Notes under the pieces: generated by a model | Database searches by the model: none | Seen by the model: only the letters and a program-made list of their open reading frames with translations | Told to the model about the DNA's origin: nothing | Program-made: the position numbers and the translations under genes | Assembly (NCBI GenBank): GCA_045546195.1 | Contig: JAZQCH010000001.1 | Span: 231,489-295,488, forward strand | Direction: 5' to 3' | Source of the DNA: Candidatus Enterousia sp. | GTDB lineage: Bacteria > Pseudomonadota > Alphaproteobacteria > Rs-D84 | DNA: 64,000 nucleotides | In this document: in pieces, positions 38,264 through 48,508 of the stretch | Position numbering within the stretch: position 1 is the first letter of the stretch | Layout: each line of letters begins with the position of its first letter

Positions 38264-39352
38264 ATGCTGACAGACTATTTTTTGAATCATGGTTTTTCAT
38301 TTTTTGCCAGTGGCTGGACGCAATTCGCGGGTGGCTTTTTTGTTGCGTTCCTGGTGATGTTGTTGTTCGGTCGCCCATTTATTCGTGCCATGCGCACCTT
38401 CCAGGGCAAGGGGCAACCAATCAGTGAAAATGTCCCCCAGTCGCATTTACAAAAGGCTGGCACCCCAACCATGGGTGGTATTCTGGTCGTGATTGCGATT
38501 TTAATTGGTGCTACATTGTTTATGCCGATGTCGAATCCAACGGGCTGGATTGCGTTGGCATCACTTGTGATGTTCGGGATTTTGGGATTTATCGATGATT
38601 ATAAAAAGGTCACCAGTCAATCAAAGAAGGCGTCCAATGGTCTGTCGCCCTTAACACGCCTGGTTGTCGAAGGTGTCTTTGTCGTCATCCTGGCATATTT
38701 GATTAACAAGACCATGCCCCCATACATCCCTGAATATTCCCTGGCGATTGGGGCGGGCATCATCTTGCCGTTGGGTGCGTTTTATTATGTGTTTTCGTAT
38801 TTTGTAATTTGCGGTGGCGCGAACGCGACAAATATTACAGACGGTCTGGATGGTATGCTGGCAAAATTATATATGCCGGTATTGGTTGTGTTGGTTGTTG
38901 CGCTCTACGGTGCGACGCGCATTGGATTTATGGATACGGTTATGTTCCTGCCGATGGCAAGTGGTTTGTATGCGGTGCTGGGGGCGGCGTTTGGGGCTGT
39001 TCTGGGATTTTTGTGGTATAATTCCAAGCCTGCTTCCATATTTATGGGGGATGTTGGTTCCCTGGCGCTGGGTGGATTTATGGGTACGGTCGCGATGCTG
39101 TTAAAGTCTGAAATAATCATGGGCGTTGCGGCAGGTATGATGGTTTTGATATTGCTGTCATCGTTCATCCAAACAATGTATTTCAAAATCACGCGTAAAT
39201 TAACTGGGACTGGTCGTCGCGTATTTCTGCGCGCGCCCCTGCATCATCATTTCGAAGAATTGGGCTGGACCGAAACCAAGATTGTTGAACGTTTCTTTAT
39301 CATGTCGATTTTGTTTTCAGGTCTGGCATTGGTTCTGTTAAAGTTCGCATAA
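38264..39352 (+). CDS. mraY: phospho-N-acetylmuramoyl-pentapeptide transferase
   Basis: 362 aa; 'GTPTMGG', 'ATNITDGLDG', 'MGDVGSLALGG' MraY motifs. Confidence 0.9.
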   Translation: MLTDYFLNHGFSFFASGWTQFAGGFFVAFLVMLLFGRPFIRAMRTFQGKGQPISENVPQSHLQKAGTPTMGGILVVIAILIGATLFMPMSNPTGWIALASLVMFGILGFIDDYKKVTSQSKKASNGLSPLTRLVVEGVFVVILAYLINKTMPPYIPEYSLAIGAGIILPLGAFYYVFSYFVICGGANATNITDGLDGMLAKLYMPVLVVLVVALYGATRIGFMDTVMFLPMASGLYAVLGAAFGAVLGFLWYNSKPASIFMGDVGSLALGGFMGTVAMLLKSEIIMGVAAGMMVLILLSSFIQTMYFKITRKLTGTGRRVFLRAPLHHHFEELGWTETKIVERFFIMSILFSGLALVLLKFA

Positions 39353-39363
39353 GATGATGGGGT

Positions 39364-40524
39364 GTGGTGGCTATGTTCAAACTGACGCGAAACGATGACA
39401 GTAAATTAACCAGTTGGTATTTTGAAATTGATCGTCGCCTGTTGGGGTGTGTATTGTTGTTGATTGCGCTGTCGGCGATATTTGTTGTGTCGGCGGGGTC
39501 GGTTGCGGCGGAACGCATCGGCATGCCATGGTACTTTTATTTGGTCAAGGCTATCCCGTTTTATTGTGTCGGTCTGGTATTTTTATTCGCGTCCAGTTTT
39601 TTGAATACCAAATGGGTGTTGCGTGTTTCGGCGGCAAATTTGCTGTTTGGTCTGGCATTACTGCCATTAACGGTCGTTGCGCCGCATATTATTAACAATT
39701 CTGCGCGATTTGTATCATTTGGATTTTTCAATATTATGCCGGCCGATATTATGAAACCTGGCTTTATTATAATGACGGCGTATTTTTTATCCCGGATGAA
39801 GGAACGCTATGGCACGAACATATTCTTTAATCGCGAAGCGTGGCGTTTTGACACCTGGCTCAGTTGGGTATATTATCTGGCACTGTTTGGTTTGACGGTT
39901 TTGATTGTCTTTAACCACCCTGACTTTGGTACTGCGGTTTTATACTTGCTGGTATTCTGTGCGATGGTGTTTATTGCGGGATTGCCACTGGTGTTGATTC
40001 CGGTTTTTGCGGGTATTGGGGTACTGATGTTAACGGTTGCCTTCTTTACATTGGGGCACGTTCATCGTCGTATAATTGCGTTCTTTACCGGCACTGGTGA
40101 CACATACCAGGTTGACAATTCTGTTGATTCAATTCGTCACGGTGGATTGCTGGGGTCGGGCGACGACGCATTTGTAAAACAATACCTGCCCGACGTACAC
40201 ACAGACTTTATCTTTGCCGCCATTGCCGAAGATTTGGGTGCGATAATGGCGTGTGGACTGTTGTTGTTATTGTTCTTTGTATTTCGTCGTTTGATAAAAA
40301 ATGCGACCAATGCACGTGATTTGTTTGTGTTGTATGCGACGGGTGGCACGGCGGCATTATTTGGTACGCAAATCTGTTTTAATATGTTGACGACCTTAAA
40401 TCTGTTCGCGCCCAAGGGTATGACACTGCCGTTCATATCGTACGGGGGCAGTTCGCTGTTGGCATATTGCCTGTTGTTCGGTATGATATTGGCAATTATC
40501 CGCGAAGATAAGTGGAAGCAATAA
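39364..40524 (+). CDS. ftsW: SEDS-family peptidoglycan polymerase FtsW
   Basis: 386 aa, ~10 TM, conserved 'FIFAAIAEDLG' and 'LPFISYGGSS' motifs; between mraY and murG as in the dcw cluster. Confidence 0.85.
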   Translation: MVAMFKLTRNDDSKLTSWYFEIDRRLLGCVLLLIALSAIFVVSAGSVAAERIGMPWYFYLVKAIPFYCVGLVFLFASSFLNTKWVLRVSAANLLFGLALLPLTVVAPHIINNSARFVSFGFFNIMPADIMKPGFIIMTAYFLSRMKERYGTNIFFNREAWRFDTWLSWVYYLALFGLTVLIVFNHPDFGTAVLYLLVFCAMVFIAGLPLVLIPVFAGIGVLMLTVAFFTLGHVHRRIIAFFTGTGDTYQVDNSVDSIRHGGLLGSGDDAFVKQYLPDVHTDFIFAAIAEDLGAIMACGLLLLLFFVFRRLIKNATNARDLFVLYATGGTAALFGTQICFNMLTTLNLFAPKGMTLPFISYGGSSLLAYCLLFGMILAIIREDKWKQ

Positions 40525-40528
40525 GTAT

Positions 40529-41584
40529 ATGGGGGTATCTATGAAGATTTGGATTGCGACGGGCGGCACTGGTGGGCATGTTTATCCGGCATTAAGTGTT
40601 GCGGAATCATTGGCATCGCGTGGTCATAAAATAACAATTTCATGTGACGGTCGTGTGCGCGACATGGTGCGTCGTGGCGCGCCCGCCGGCGCGCGCTTTG
40701 CGCATATTTGGGCGTCGGGTGTTGGTGCAAAAAGCCGTATAAAACAAATCTGGGCGCTGTCCAAGATTGCTGTATCTGCATTTGCCTTGACGCTGCGTTT
40801 TATGATTTTTCGTCCCGACCGTGTGGTTGCGTTTGGTGGCTATGCGTCTGTGCCGGCGGTATTTGCGGCGCATGTATGGCATATTCCAACCTTTTTACAT
40901 GAACAGAACGCGGCGATTGGACGTGCGAATAAATTTGCGATGCGCTGGGTGAAAACATTGATGACCAGTTTTCCGTCTGTATCCGGTATTCCAAACTCTA
41001 CAACGCGCGTTGTTTATACTGGCCTGCCGGTGCGTCGTGATTTTATAAATCTGGCGGGCACTCCATTAAAGCACGATGGCAAATTGTTGGTGACGGGTGG
41101 TTCCCTGGGGGCGCAGATTTTAGACGAAGTTGTGCCCATCGCCATGGCGTCTATGAAAAATAAAAAGATTTTCGTCACCCATCAAACACGTCCTGAAAAT
41201 GTTGAAAAATTACAACGCTTTTATGCGGAAAATAAAATCCGCGCAAACGTGCTGTCGTTTATTCATGATATGTCATCGGCAATCGCGGGTGCAGACCTGA
41301 TTATCGGGCGCAGTGGTGCCAGTACCGTCGTTGAAATTCAAACGATTGGCCGTCCTGCGATTTTCGTTCCATTAAATATTAACCCAGACCAGGCCGCCAA
41401 TGCCGCATCCTTTGCCAAAACGGGTGGTGGTTTTGCGGTGGAACAGTCTAAGTTCACCCCGCGTTGGTTATCATCAACATTGTCTGAATTGTTTGATAAT
41501 CCATCGCGTCTGGATAAAATGGCGGCCAAATCGCGCGTTGAAAACAATGCGGTGAATTTAATCTGCGATGAAATAACGAAATAA
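40529..41584 (+). CDS. murG: UDP-GlcNAc:undecaprenyl-PP-MurNAc-pentapeptide GlcNAc transferase
   Basis: 351 aa; 'ATGGTGGHVYPAL' N-terminal G-loop, C-terminal 'GRSGASTVVEI'. Confidence 0.9.
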   Translation: MGVSMKIWIATGGTGGHVYPALSVAESLASRGHKITISCDGRVRDMVRRGAPAGARFAHIWASGVGAKSRIKQIWALSKIAVSAFALTLRFMIFRPDRVVAFGGYASVPAVFAAHVWHIPTFLHEQNAAIGRANKFAMRWVKTLMTSFPSVSGIPNSTTRVVYTGLPVRRDFINLAGTPLKHDGKLLVTGGSLGAQILDEVVPIAMASMKNKKIFVTHQTRPENVEKLQRFYAENKIRANVLSFIHDMSSAIAGADLIIGRSGASTVVEIQTIGRPAIFVPLNINPDQAANAASFAKTGGGFAVEQSKFTPRWLSSTLSELFDNPSRLDKMAAKSRVENNAVNLICDEITK

Positions 41585-41609
41585 AAAACCGCCATTTGGC
41601 GGTTCTTTT
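41585..41609 (+). terminator. bidirectional rho-independent terminator
   Basis: 'aaaaccgccatttggcggttctttt'. Confidence 0.65.
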
Positions 41610-42273
41610 ATTTTTGCCGACAACAAAACACAGTTCCTAATTCATTTTGTAATTTATCCTGTTCGCGTTCGAAATCAATCTGTTCGCGTGTTTTAATTTT
41701 GTTGCGAATTAAAAAAGAATCTTGTTCGTCGATATATCTGCGTTGTTCATCGCGACAAAATGCGGCGATTTCACGACCGCGTGCGGTATTAAAGAATTCC
41801 GGCCTGTATTCATATTCCCACGATAAACGGATTCTGTCTGCGTCCCATAAACATGCGGATATTCCATCTGGCGCGACGCGTCCAATTGTGTGGTTTCCCA
41901 CAGCGTACAATATTTGTCGGATTGTAGATTCTGACAGGTTTTTATAGTTTTTTGCTAAAAAATCCCGTCCCACCAGAACCGCCCGCGGACCGTGTTCTGT
42001 ACACCATGCGTCGTTTGTACGCGCGCAATCATGTAACCCCGCCGCCAGCATCACCGGCAACGCATCCTGATTGATACTGTGTGCCAAATCGATACCGAAT
42101 AATGCGACTTGGTTTGTATGGCTTAACCCATGATAGCCGAACCTGGATTGTGTTGTGATTTCTGCGATTTGCGGTAAAATTTGATTAAAATACATTTGAC
42201 AATAATACGCTTTGTTATATTTCATAGTACCCTTCCATAATTTTTTGCCGAACCAATGTGGCATATAAAACAA
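41608..42273 (-). CDS. HD-domain phosphohydrolase
   Basis: 221 aa; 'HGLSH...' and 'GLHDCAR' HD metal-binding motifs. Confidence 0.6.
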   Translation of the reverse strand: MFYMPHWFGKKLWKGTMKYNKAYYCQMYFNQILPQIAEITTQSRFGYHGLSHTNQVALFGIDLAHSINQDALPVMLAAGLHDCARTNDAWCTEHGPRAVLVGRDFLAKNYKNLSESTIRQILYAVGNHTIGRVAPDGISACLWDADRIRLSWEYEYRPEFFNTARGREIAAFCRDEQRRYIDEQDSFLIRNKIKTREQIDFEREQDKLQNELGTVFCCRQK

Positions 42274-42401
42274 AAATTATCAAATGAAAATATTTTTTTA
42301 GAATTTTTTTCAGAAAACACTTGAAATTAAATGATTAAAATATATAATAATTAAGATTTTTAATAAAAATCTAAATCAAACCTATTATACAGGGGATACA
42401 A

Positions 42402-42851
42402 ATGGCGCGCAAGGAATTTGTTCGTTTAATGGAAGAAAATATTTGGACGCTGGATAAAATCGCAGAAAAACTGCGCCTGGATCGTGTTGATACGACCGGC
42501 TATCCGCGTCAAATGATGTCAATTTTGGTGCGTCTGCACAATGGTGGTCGTGCGAAGTTAAAAGATATCGCGCGTCGCGAACATGTGTCGGCACCGAACC
42601 TGTGTGCTGCATTCAGAAAGTTAGAGGCCGACGGCCTGGTCGTTCGCACGATTGATGAAAACGACCGTCGTAACACATGGTATTGTGTGTCAGAACGTGG
42701 CGCGGAATTGGCGGTTGTTGCGATGAATTTGTTCCGTGCGGGTGTTGAACGTGTGTTTGCCAACATTTCCCGCGAAGACGAAGCGCGCCTGACCGAAGCG
42801 TTACGCACAATGCGCGATGTTATCAAGAAAGTGGAGTTGAATAATGCATAA
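42402..42851 (+). CDS. MarR-family transcriptional regulator
   Basis: 149 aa winged-helix; first gene of efflux operon, stop overlaps next gene. Confidence 0.8.
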   Translation: MARKEFVRLMEENIWTLDKIAEKLRLDRVDTTGYPRQMMSILVRLHNGGRAKLKDIARREHVSAPNLCAAFRKLEADGLVVRTIDENDRRNTWYCVSERGAELAVVAMNLFRAGVERVFANISREDEARLTEALRTMRDVIKKVELNNA

Positions 42852-44175
42852 ATACAAATCAATATCGATGGTCGCATGTTTATGCGCCGGCATTTGTTTT
42901 TCGCCGGCGTATTCTTTGGATTTGTCATTAAAAGATGCGGTTGCGAAAATCGAACATGAATCCCATGATTTGAAAAAGGCCCAGGCCAATGTATCCAAGG
43001 CCGAAGCATCCCTGGATGCGGCCAATGCCAACCGTTGGTTTTCGATTGACGGTACTGCGTCATACATGAATATGGTGAACGTTGAAAATCCGTCTGAGTC
43101 TATGGGGATTGAATTGCCACCTGAAATGGGCGGTCTGTTGTCTGAATCGTTAAAGGACCAGTCTGTATTCATCGAAATTCCAGATAATATTTTCCAGGCG
43201 GGTCTGACATTTACCCAGCCTATTTATACATTTGGTAAAATCGGCAACGCGGTCAAGTCGGTAAAATCTGCGATTAAAATGGCACAATCGTCCCAGGAAT
43301 TAACGCGTCGTGAAGTTCGCTATGCGGCAACCGACCTGTATTGGACGGCGAAAATGACTGATGAAATGGTGCTTTTGTCTGAAACAGATTTGAAAAACGC
43401 GCGCACCGCAAAAAGCAAACTGACATCTGCCGGTCGTGCCAATCGCAGCAACCTGTTAAAAATTGAATCAGACATTATTTCCAAAGAAGTAAATCTGGCC
43501 CAGGTAAAATTCAATCGTGACACCGCCCATCGTATGTTGAAAATTATGGCGGGCATTGATGTGAACGAAGAATTGGTTTTAACAGACAGTTTCCCATCTG
43601 AATTTGCCGCATTGAACGCGGGCGAATTAAAGTCAACGCCCCAGTGGGAAATTCTGGACGAACAGGTGAACATGTACGAACGCGCCGCGCGTTCAAAACG
43701 TGCGAACAATTATCCGACATTGGCGGCGACTGCGTCGTACACTTATTCGTCAATGGCGGGCGATATCGGCCACCTGTTTGATAAAAAGGGCAGTCAGTCT
43801 GCGTCCTGGGGGCTGGCATTACAGATGCCGATTTTCAACGGTGGGTTAAATCGCGCCAACGCAACGGTCGAAGCAATGAATGCCGAAGCGGCACGCGAAG
43901 ACCTGGCCCAGGCCAAGAAAATCACAACCGAAGAATATAACAACGCAATCAATCGCTATGACATGTTGCGCGACAATTTATCATCTTTGATTGATGCGCG
44001 TGATTTGGCGGCAAAAACATATGATTTGTCGCAAAAGCGTTTTGCCGCGGGTCAAACGTCTGCGGTTGAATTGGCGGATGTGTCGGCGGGTTTGTATTCG
44101 TTGGATATGTCGGTATTACAAATGAAGTACAATCTTTTAATGTCTGCGGAAACGGTAAAAAAGTTAGGTGAATAA
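42844..44175 (+). CDS. TolC-family outer membrane efflux protein
   Basis: 443 aa, signal peptide, two OEP repeats. Confidence 0.8.
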   Translation: MHKYKSISMVACLCAGICFSPAYSLDLSLKDAVAKIEHESHDLKKAQANVSKAEASLDAANANRWFSIDGTASYMNMVNVENPSESMGIELPPEMGGLLSESLKDQSVFIEIPDNIFQAGLTFTQPIYTFGKIGNAVKSVKSAIKMAQSSQELTRREVRYAATDLYWTAKMTDEMVLLSETDLKNARTAKSKLTSAGRANRSNLLKIESDIISKEVNLAQVKFNRDTAHRMLKIMAGIDVNEELVLTDSFPSEFAALNAGELKSTPQWEILDEQVNMYERAARSKRANNYPTLAATASYTYSSMAGDIGHLFDKKGSQSASWGLALQMPIFNGGLNRANATVEAMNAEAAREDLAQAKKITTEEYNNAINRYDMLRDNLSSLIDARDLAAKTYDLSQKRFAAGQTSAVELADVSAGLYSLDMSVLQMKYNLLMSAETVKKLGE

Positions 44176-44776
44176 AATGGAAAAAATACAAAGAACGATG
44201 GCGACTAAAAAGTTCAAAAAAATCGCCTATATCACATTGGTTGCGGTATTGGCGGGATGGGTGATATTCCGTTTTGCGGCGGTTGCGTCTGAAAATGCGC
44301 GTTTTGTGTTTAATACTGCGCGCGTGGCGGCGGACGCTGGTGCGCCGGTTATGGCGATGGAAATGTCAAACAAGTCCGGCACATTGTATGAACCGTTGTC
44401 AATCAAGAATAATCGCGCATATGTGTCTGCGGAACGTGCGAAAAAATTGCGTGCGGGTGCGCGTGTTGGCGATGGTAAAATCGTATCTGTGTCGTCAAAT
44501 ATTGATTATGACACCGGCATGTATGTTGTTCGTACATCTGGTGTATCGGATGGATTACAGATGGCTGAATTTACCGCGCGTGGATTTTTTGTGCCGTTGT
44601 ATGCGATTACAGATGGTACTGTATTCGTCGCCCAAGACGGCGTTGCTGTATCACGCGATGTTAACATTGTGCGCCAGGATTCTGAAAACGCATACATCAC
44701 ATCTGGTCTGCGCGATGGTGACATTGTAATTTTGTCATCGGTTCGTGCCGGCGACAAAGTTCAAATTAAAAAATAG
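44168..44776 (+). CDS. short periplasmic adaptor subunit (HlyD/RND MFP-like, 202 aa)
   Basis: N-terminal TM anchor, beta-barrel-like C-terminus; lacks the long alpha-hairpin of canonical adaptors; overlaps tolC-like stop and precedes acrB-like gene. Confidence 0.55.
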   Translation: MNKMEKIQRTMATKKFKKIAYITLVAVLAGWVIFRFAAVASENARFVFNTARVAADAGAPVMAMEMSNKSGTLYEPLSIKNNRAYVSAERAKKLRAGARVGDGKIVSVSSNIDYDTGMYVVRTSGVSDGLQMAEFTARGFFVPLYAITDGTVFVAQDGVAVSRDVNIVRQDSENAYITSGLRDGDIVILSSVRAGDKVQIKK

Positions 44777-44794
44777 GGCAGGGGGGGTTAAGAT

Positions 44795-47700
44795 ATGTTA
44801 AAGTTTTTTGTTCGCAGACCAATCACCACATTGATGTTTGTTCTGGTATGGGTTGTATTGGGTTTGGTTTCGTTTCCGAATATGAATATTGAACGCACGC
44901 CTGCGTTGGATTTTCCATTGGTTACGGCGACATTTGTGTATCCGGGCGCGTCCCCTGCGGAATTAGAATCCCAGGTTGTAAAGCGTGCCGAAGACGCAAT
45001 GAGTGAAGTTTCTGAATTAAAAAAGATTACATCCTATGTCTATGAAAACAGTGCCATGGTAATGGCGGAATTTAATCTGGGTGTAAATGTTAATGACAAA
45101 TCGTCTGAAATCAAAAATAAACTAGATTCTTTGATAACAGAATTCCCAGATGACATGGAACAACCAATGGTGGAAAAGTTAAACCCACTGCAAGAATCTG
45201 TGGTTGATATTGTAATCCGTGGTGCCGATGCGCGTGATGTCGAAGAATATGTTGACGATGTCTTGGCCACCAAGATTACAGGGATTAAGGGCGTGGCCAG
45301 TGTGTCTGTTTTTGGTGGTCGTGAACGTGCAATCCGTATTGCCTTGAATCCTGATTCTATGGCGGCGCACGGTGTGACGGTTATGGATGTTGTATCGGCG
45401 TTGGGGTCGCATAACTTGAACGTACCTGGTGGTAAAATTGAAACATCTGCTAATTCATCTAATGTGCGCTTTATTGGTGAATTTGCGTCTGTTGATGAAA
45501 TTGCGAATTTGCGTCTGACCACAGTCGAAGGCGACAACTTTAAATTATCTGATGTTGCCCAGATTTCAGACGCTGCCCGTGACATTGAAAACGGCGCGCG
45601 TTATAACGGCGAATCTGTTGTAATTGCATCTGTTGTCAAGGCATCTGACGGTAACGCCATTAACATTTCGAACGCGTTGCGCGAACGCATGCCTGAATTT
45701 CAGTCTGACCTGTCTGCGCGTTTTCCAAATGCGGAAATGTTGATTGCGGCGGATTCATCTGTCGCTGTATCTGATGAAACAGACAGTACAATCAACGGCA
45801 TCATCCTGGGGGTTGTCTTTACTGTATTGGTATTGTTGGCATTTACGCGCAACTGGCGTTCCACAGTTATCGCAGGTGTCGTTATTCCTGCGTCCTTGGT
45901 TGCTGGTTTCTTCTTTATGGATAACAGTGGTTTTACTGTTAACGCACTGACATTGTTGGCATATTCGTCTGCGCTGGGTACATTGGTGTCGAACGCGATT
46001 ATTTTGATTGAATCAGCCCTGCAGGAATTGCGTGCCGGCAAAAAAACCGAAGATGCCGCGATTGACGGAACCAAGAAGGTTGCCGTATCTGTTTTGGCGG
46101 GCGTTGGCACAAATGTTGTTGTGTTCTTGCCACTGGCGTTTATGGGCGGTATTGTGGGTCAGTTCATGGTACAATTTGGTATGACAGTTGTATATCTGAC
46201 ATTGTTGTCATTGATGTTCTCGTTCACATTAACACCAATGATGATTGCGAAATTTTTGCGCCTGACGGACAAAAATAATAAATCGGCCAAGAAAAAACAA
46301 ACCGAATACCCAAAGCCGACCAGCACTGGCTGGATGCGTCGCTGGTTTGAATTCCAGGGGCGTCATCCATGGCGTGTTATTGGTATGGCGTTTGTAATCT
46401 TTATTGGTTCGACGATGTTGATGAAGTTTGTTGGTAATGAATTCTCGCCATCGACGGATGCGAACGAAATCACGATTACAGCACGCGCGCCAATGGGTTC
46501 GACATTTGAAAAATCTGAATCGATTGCGAAACAGATTGAACAGCGTCTGACCGCGTTCCCCGAAGTTGCCGCCACAACCGTAAAAATCGGCGACCAGGGC
46601 TTACAGAACATCGATATTATTGTTGAATTGGTCGATGTGTCCGAACGCGATATATCGGACAAAATGTTGGCCCAGAAAATGTTGCCGGCAATCGCAGATA
46701 TTGCCGACGCAGAAATTCAGATTCGTGCCGGCGAAGCATCATCGGCGGGTGTGTCATCTGACCTGGTGTTAAATGTATTTGGCCCAGACGATGCTAAACG
46801 CGAAGCGTACGCGTCCCAGATTATCGACATCGTCAACCAGATACCCGAGGTTCAGTCTGCCGTCCGCGCACAACAGTTGCCGGCCATGGAAACGCAATTT
46901 ATCCCAGACCAAGAAAAAATGAATTTCTGGGGTGTCCAGAACGCATACGCAGGCACCACATTGCGTACCGCACTGTATGGGAACGACGACTATAAATACA
47001 AAGAAAATGGCGAAGAATATCCAATCATTTTGGAATTTGCCAAAGTGTTCAAAAACGCATCTTTGTTTGATAACGTCTATGTAAATTCGCAAAAGGGCAT
47101 GGTTGCCTTGTCCGAACTGGGCGATGTCAAGATGGCACGTGCGACACCTGATATTCGTCGTCTGGATAAAAACCGCCTGACTGAAATCGATATCAACATC
47201 GGTAAATCAACCATGGGTCCGGTCCAGGCCAAGATTCAGTCTGAATTAAACAAGATTGATTGGGAATATGGTTATTATACCGAATTTGGCGGCATGTCTG
47301 AACACCAGGCCGAAAGTGCCCGCGAAATCGGCAAGGCCTTCTTCCTGGCGACTGTTTTGACATTTATGTTGCTGGCTGCGATTTTGAATTCACTTGCGCA
47401 TCCATTTACGATTGCGACATCAATCTTGACCAGTTTTACAGGCGTATTTATTTTGATGTTCTTGTCTGGTGCGACAATGAATATCGGTGCGATGTTGGCG
47501 TTTGTTATGTTGGTGGGGTTGGTGGTTAACAATAACATTTTGGTGTTGGAACCAACAATCAATCGTGTGAACGCAGGCCAAGATATGTACACCGCCCTGT
47601 GGACTGAATTGATGGACAAACGGAACATGGTTCTGATGACATCAATCGCGGTTATCGCCGGTATGGTTCCCCAGTTATGGTCAATCGACGGTATGAAGGT

Positions 47701-47824
47701 CGCGATGGGTGCGGTTATGATTGGTGGTATGTTCGCCAGTCTGGTATTCACCTTTACATTGACACCGGCGATATTCTTCCTGGTGGAACGCGCCCGCCGT
47801 TGGAAACCAAAATGGCGCAAATAA
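44795..47824 (+). CDS. RND-superfamily efflux transporter (AcrB/HAE1-like)
   Basis: 1009 aa, 12 TM with two large periplasmic loops. Confidence 0.9.
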   Translation: MLKFFVRRPITTLMFVLVWVVLGLVSFPNMNIERTPALDFPLVTATFVYPGASPAELESQVVKRAEDAMSEVSELKKITSYVYENSAMVMAEFNLGVNVNDKSSEIKNKLDSLITEFPDDMEQPMVEKLNPLQESVVDIVIRGADARDVEEYVDDVLATKITGIKGVASVSVFGGRERAIRIALNPDSMAAHGVTVMDVVSALGSHNLNVPGGKIETSANSSNVRFIGEFASVDEIANLRLTTVEGDNFKLSDVAQISDAARDIENGARYNGESVVIASVVKASDGNAINISNALRERMPEFQSDLSARFPNAEMLIAADSSVAVSDETDSTINGIILGVVFTVLVLLAFTRNWRSTVIAGVVIPASLVAGFFFMDNSGFTVNALTLLAYSSALGTLVSNAIILIESALQELRAGKKTEDAAIDGTKKVAVSVLAGVGTNVVVFLPLAFMGGIVGQFMVQFGMTVVYLTLLSLMFSFTLTPMMIAKFLRLTDKNNKSAKKKQTEYPKPTSTGWMRRWFEFQGRHPWRVIGMAFVIFIGSTMLMKFVGNEFSPSTDANEITITARAPMGSTFEKSESIAKQIEQRLTAFPEVAATTVKIGDQGLQNIDIIVELVDVSERDISDKMLAQKMLPAIADIADAEIQIRAGEASSAGVSSDLVLNVFGPDDAKREAYASQIIDIVNQIPEVQSAVRAQQLPAMETQFIPDQEKMNFWGVQNAYAGTTLRTALYGNDDYKYKENGEEYPIILEFAKVFKNASLFDNVYVNSQKGMVALSELGDVKMARATPDIRRLDKNRLTEIDINIGKSTMGPVQAKIQSELNKIDWEYGYYTEFGGMSEHQAESAREIGKAFFLATVLTFMLLAAILNSLAHPFTIATSILTSFTGVFILMFLSGATMNIGAMLAFVMLVGLVVNNNILVLEPTINRVNAGQDMYTALWTELMDKRNMVLMTSIAVIAGMVPQLWSIDGMKVAMGAVMIGGMFASLVFTFTLTPAIFFLVERARRWKPKWRK

Positions 47825-47850
47825 AACAAATCCCGCAAACGCGGGATTTT
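47825..47850 (+). terminator. bidirectional rho-independent terminator
   Basis: 'aaatcccgcaaacgcgggatttttt'. Confidence 0.7.
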
Positions 47851-48165
47851 TTATTTTCCAAAGATAAACGAATTATTTTTTGATATTTCGATAATTGCGT
47901 CCATATTGTCATTGTCTGATGTTCGTTGACGTTTGACCTTGCCACAAATTTCGCATTTATGTGTAATGATAAATTTATCGCCGTCTGATTCAACGGTGAC
48001 CGGTGCCATCATCCCGCCACATGTCGCTGCGCGGTCGCCTGGGTTATTATCGACATGCCGCGACCACAGACAGTTTGGACAATGGTTTGTGTATCCATTA
48101 CCATGTACAACTGCGCCACAATGGGCGCAGTTAAAATCTTCGACTGTTTTTGTAAATCCCTTCAT
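47851..48165 (-). CDS. RNHCP-domain zinc-ribbon protein
   Basis: 104 aa; 'CAHCG...HCPNCLWSRH...C' arrangement; start overlaps stop of upstream gapR-like gene. Confidence 0.5.
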   Translation of the reverse strand: MKGFTKTVEDFNCAHCGAVVHGNGYTNHCPNCLWSRHVDNNPGDRAATCGGMMAPVTVESDGDKFIITHKCEICGKVKRQRTSDNDNMDAIIEISKNNSFIFGK

Positions 48166-48413
48166 TATATACCTAATGCGTTGCGGTACATCTGTGTTAA
48201 TTCGTCCGCTTCGTCCAGTTCATCTGGGTCCAACTTGCGCAGGCGTATCATCTGGCGAATATATTTTGGGTCGAATCCAGCGGATTTAGCCTCGGAATAA
48301 ATTTCTTTGATATCTGCTGCGATTGCGGCGGTATCCTCATTTAATTTTTCGATGCGTTCAATAATGCTTAACAATTGTTGGTTATCAATTGCGCCATGAT
48401 TTGCCTGTTTCAT
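48165..48413 (-). CDS. gapR: GapR/UPF0335 (DUF2312) nucleoid-associated protein
   Basis: 82 aa; 'LLSIIERIEKLNEDTAAIAADIKEIYSEAKSAGFDPKYIRQMIRLRK' strongly resembles the alphaproteobacterial UPF0335 family. Confidence 0.7.
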   Translation of the reverse strand: MKQANHGAIDNQQLLSIIERIEKLNEDTAAIAADIKEIYSEAKSAGFDPKYIRQMIRLRKLDPDELDEADELTQMYRNALGI

Positions 48414-48508
48414 TTCTGTTTTCCCCTTGTTTATTTATGGCTTTTATGATATATCATAAATCGTAAAAATCAAGAAAACAAATTTTTAGATATAGTTAAG
48501 GAATCCTA

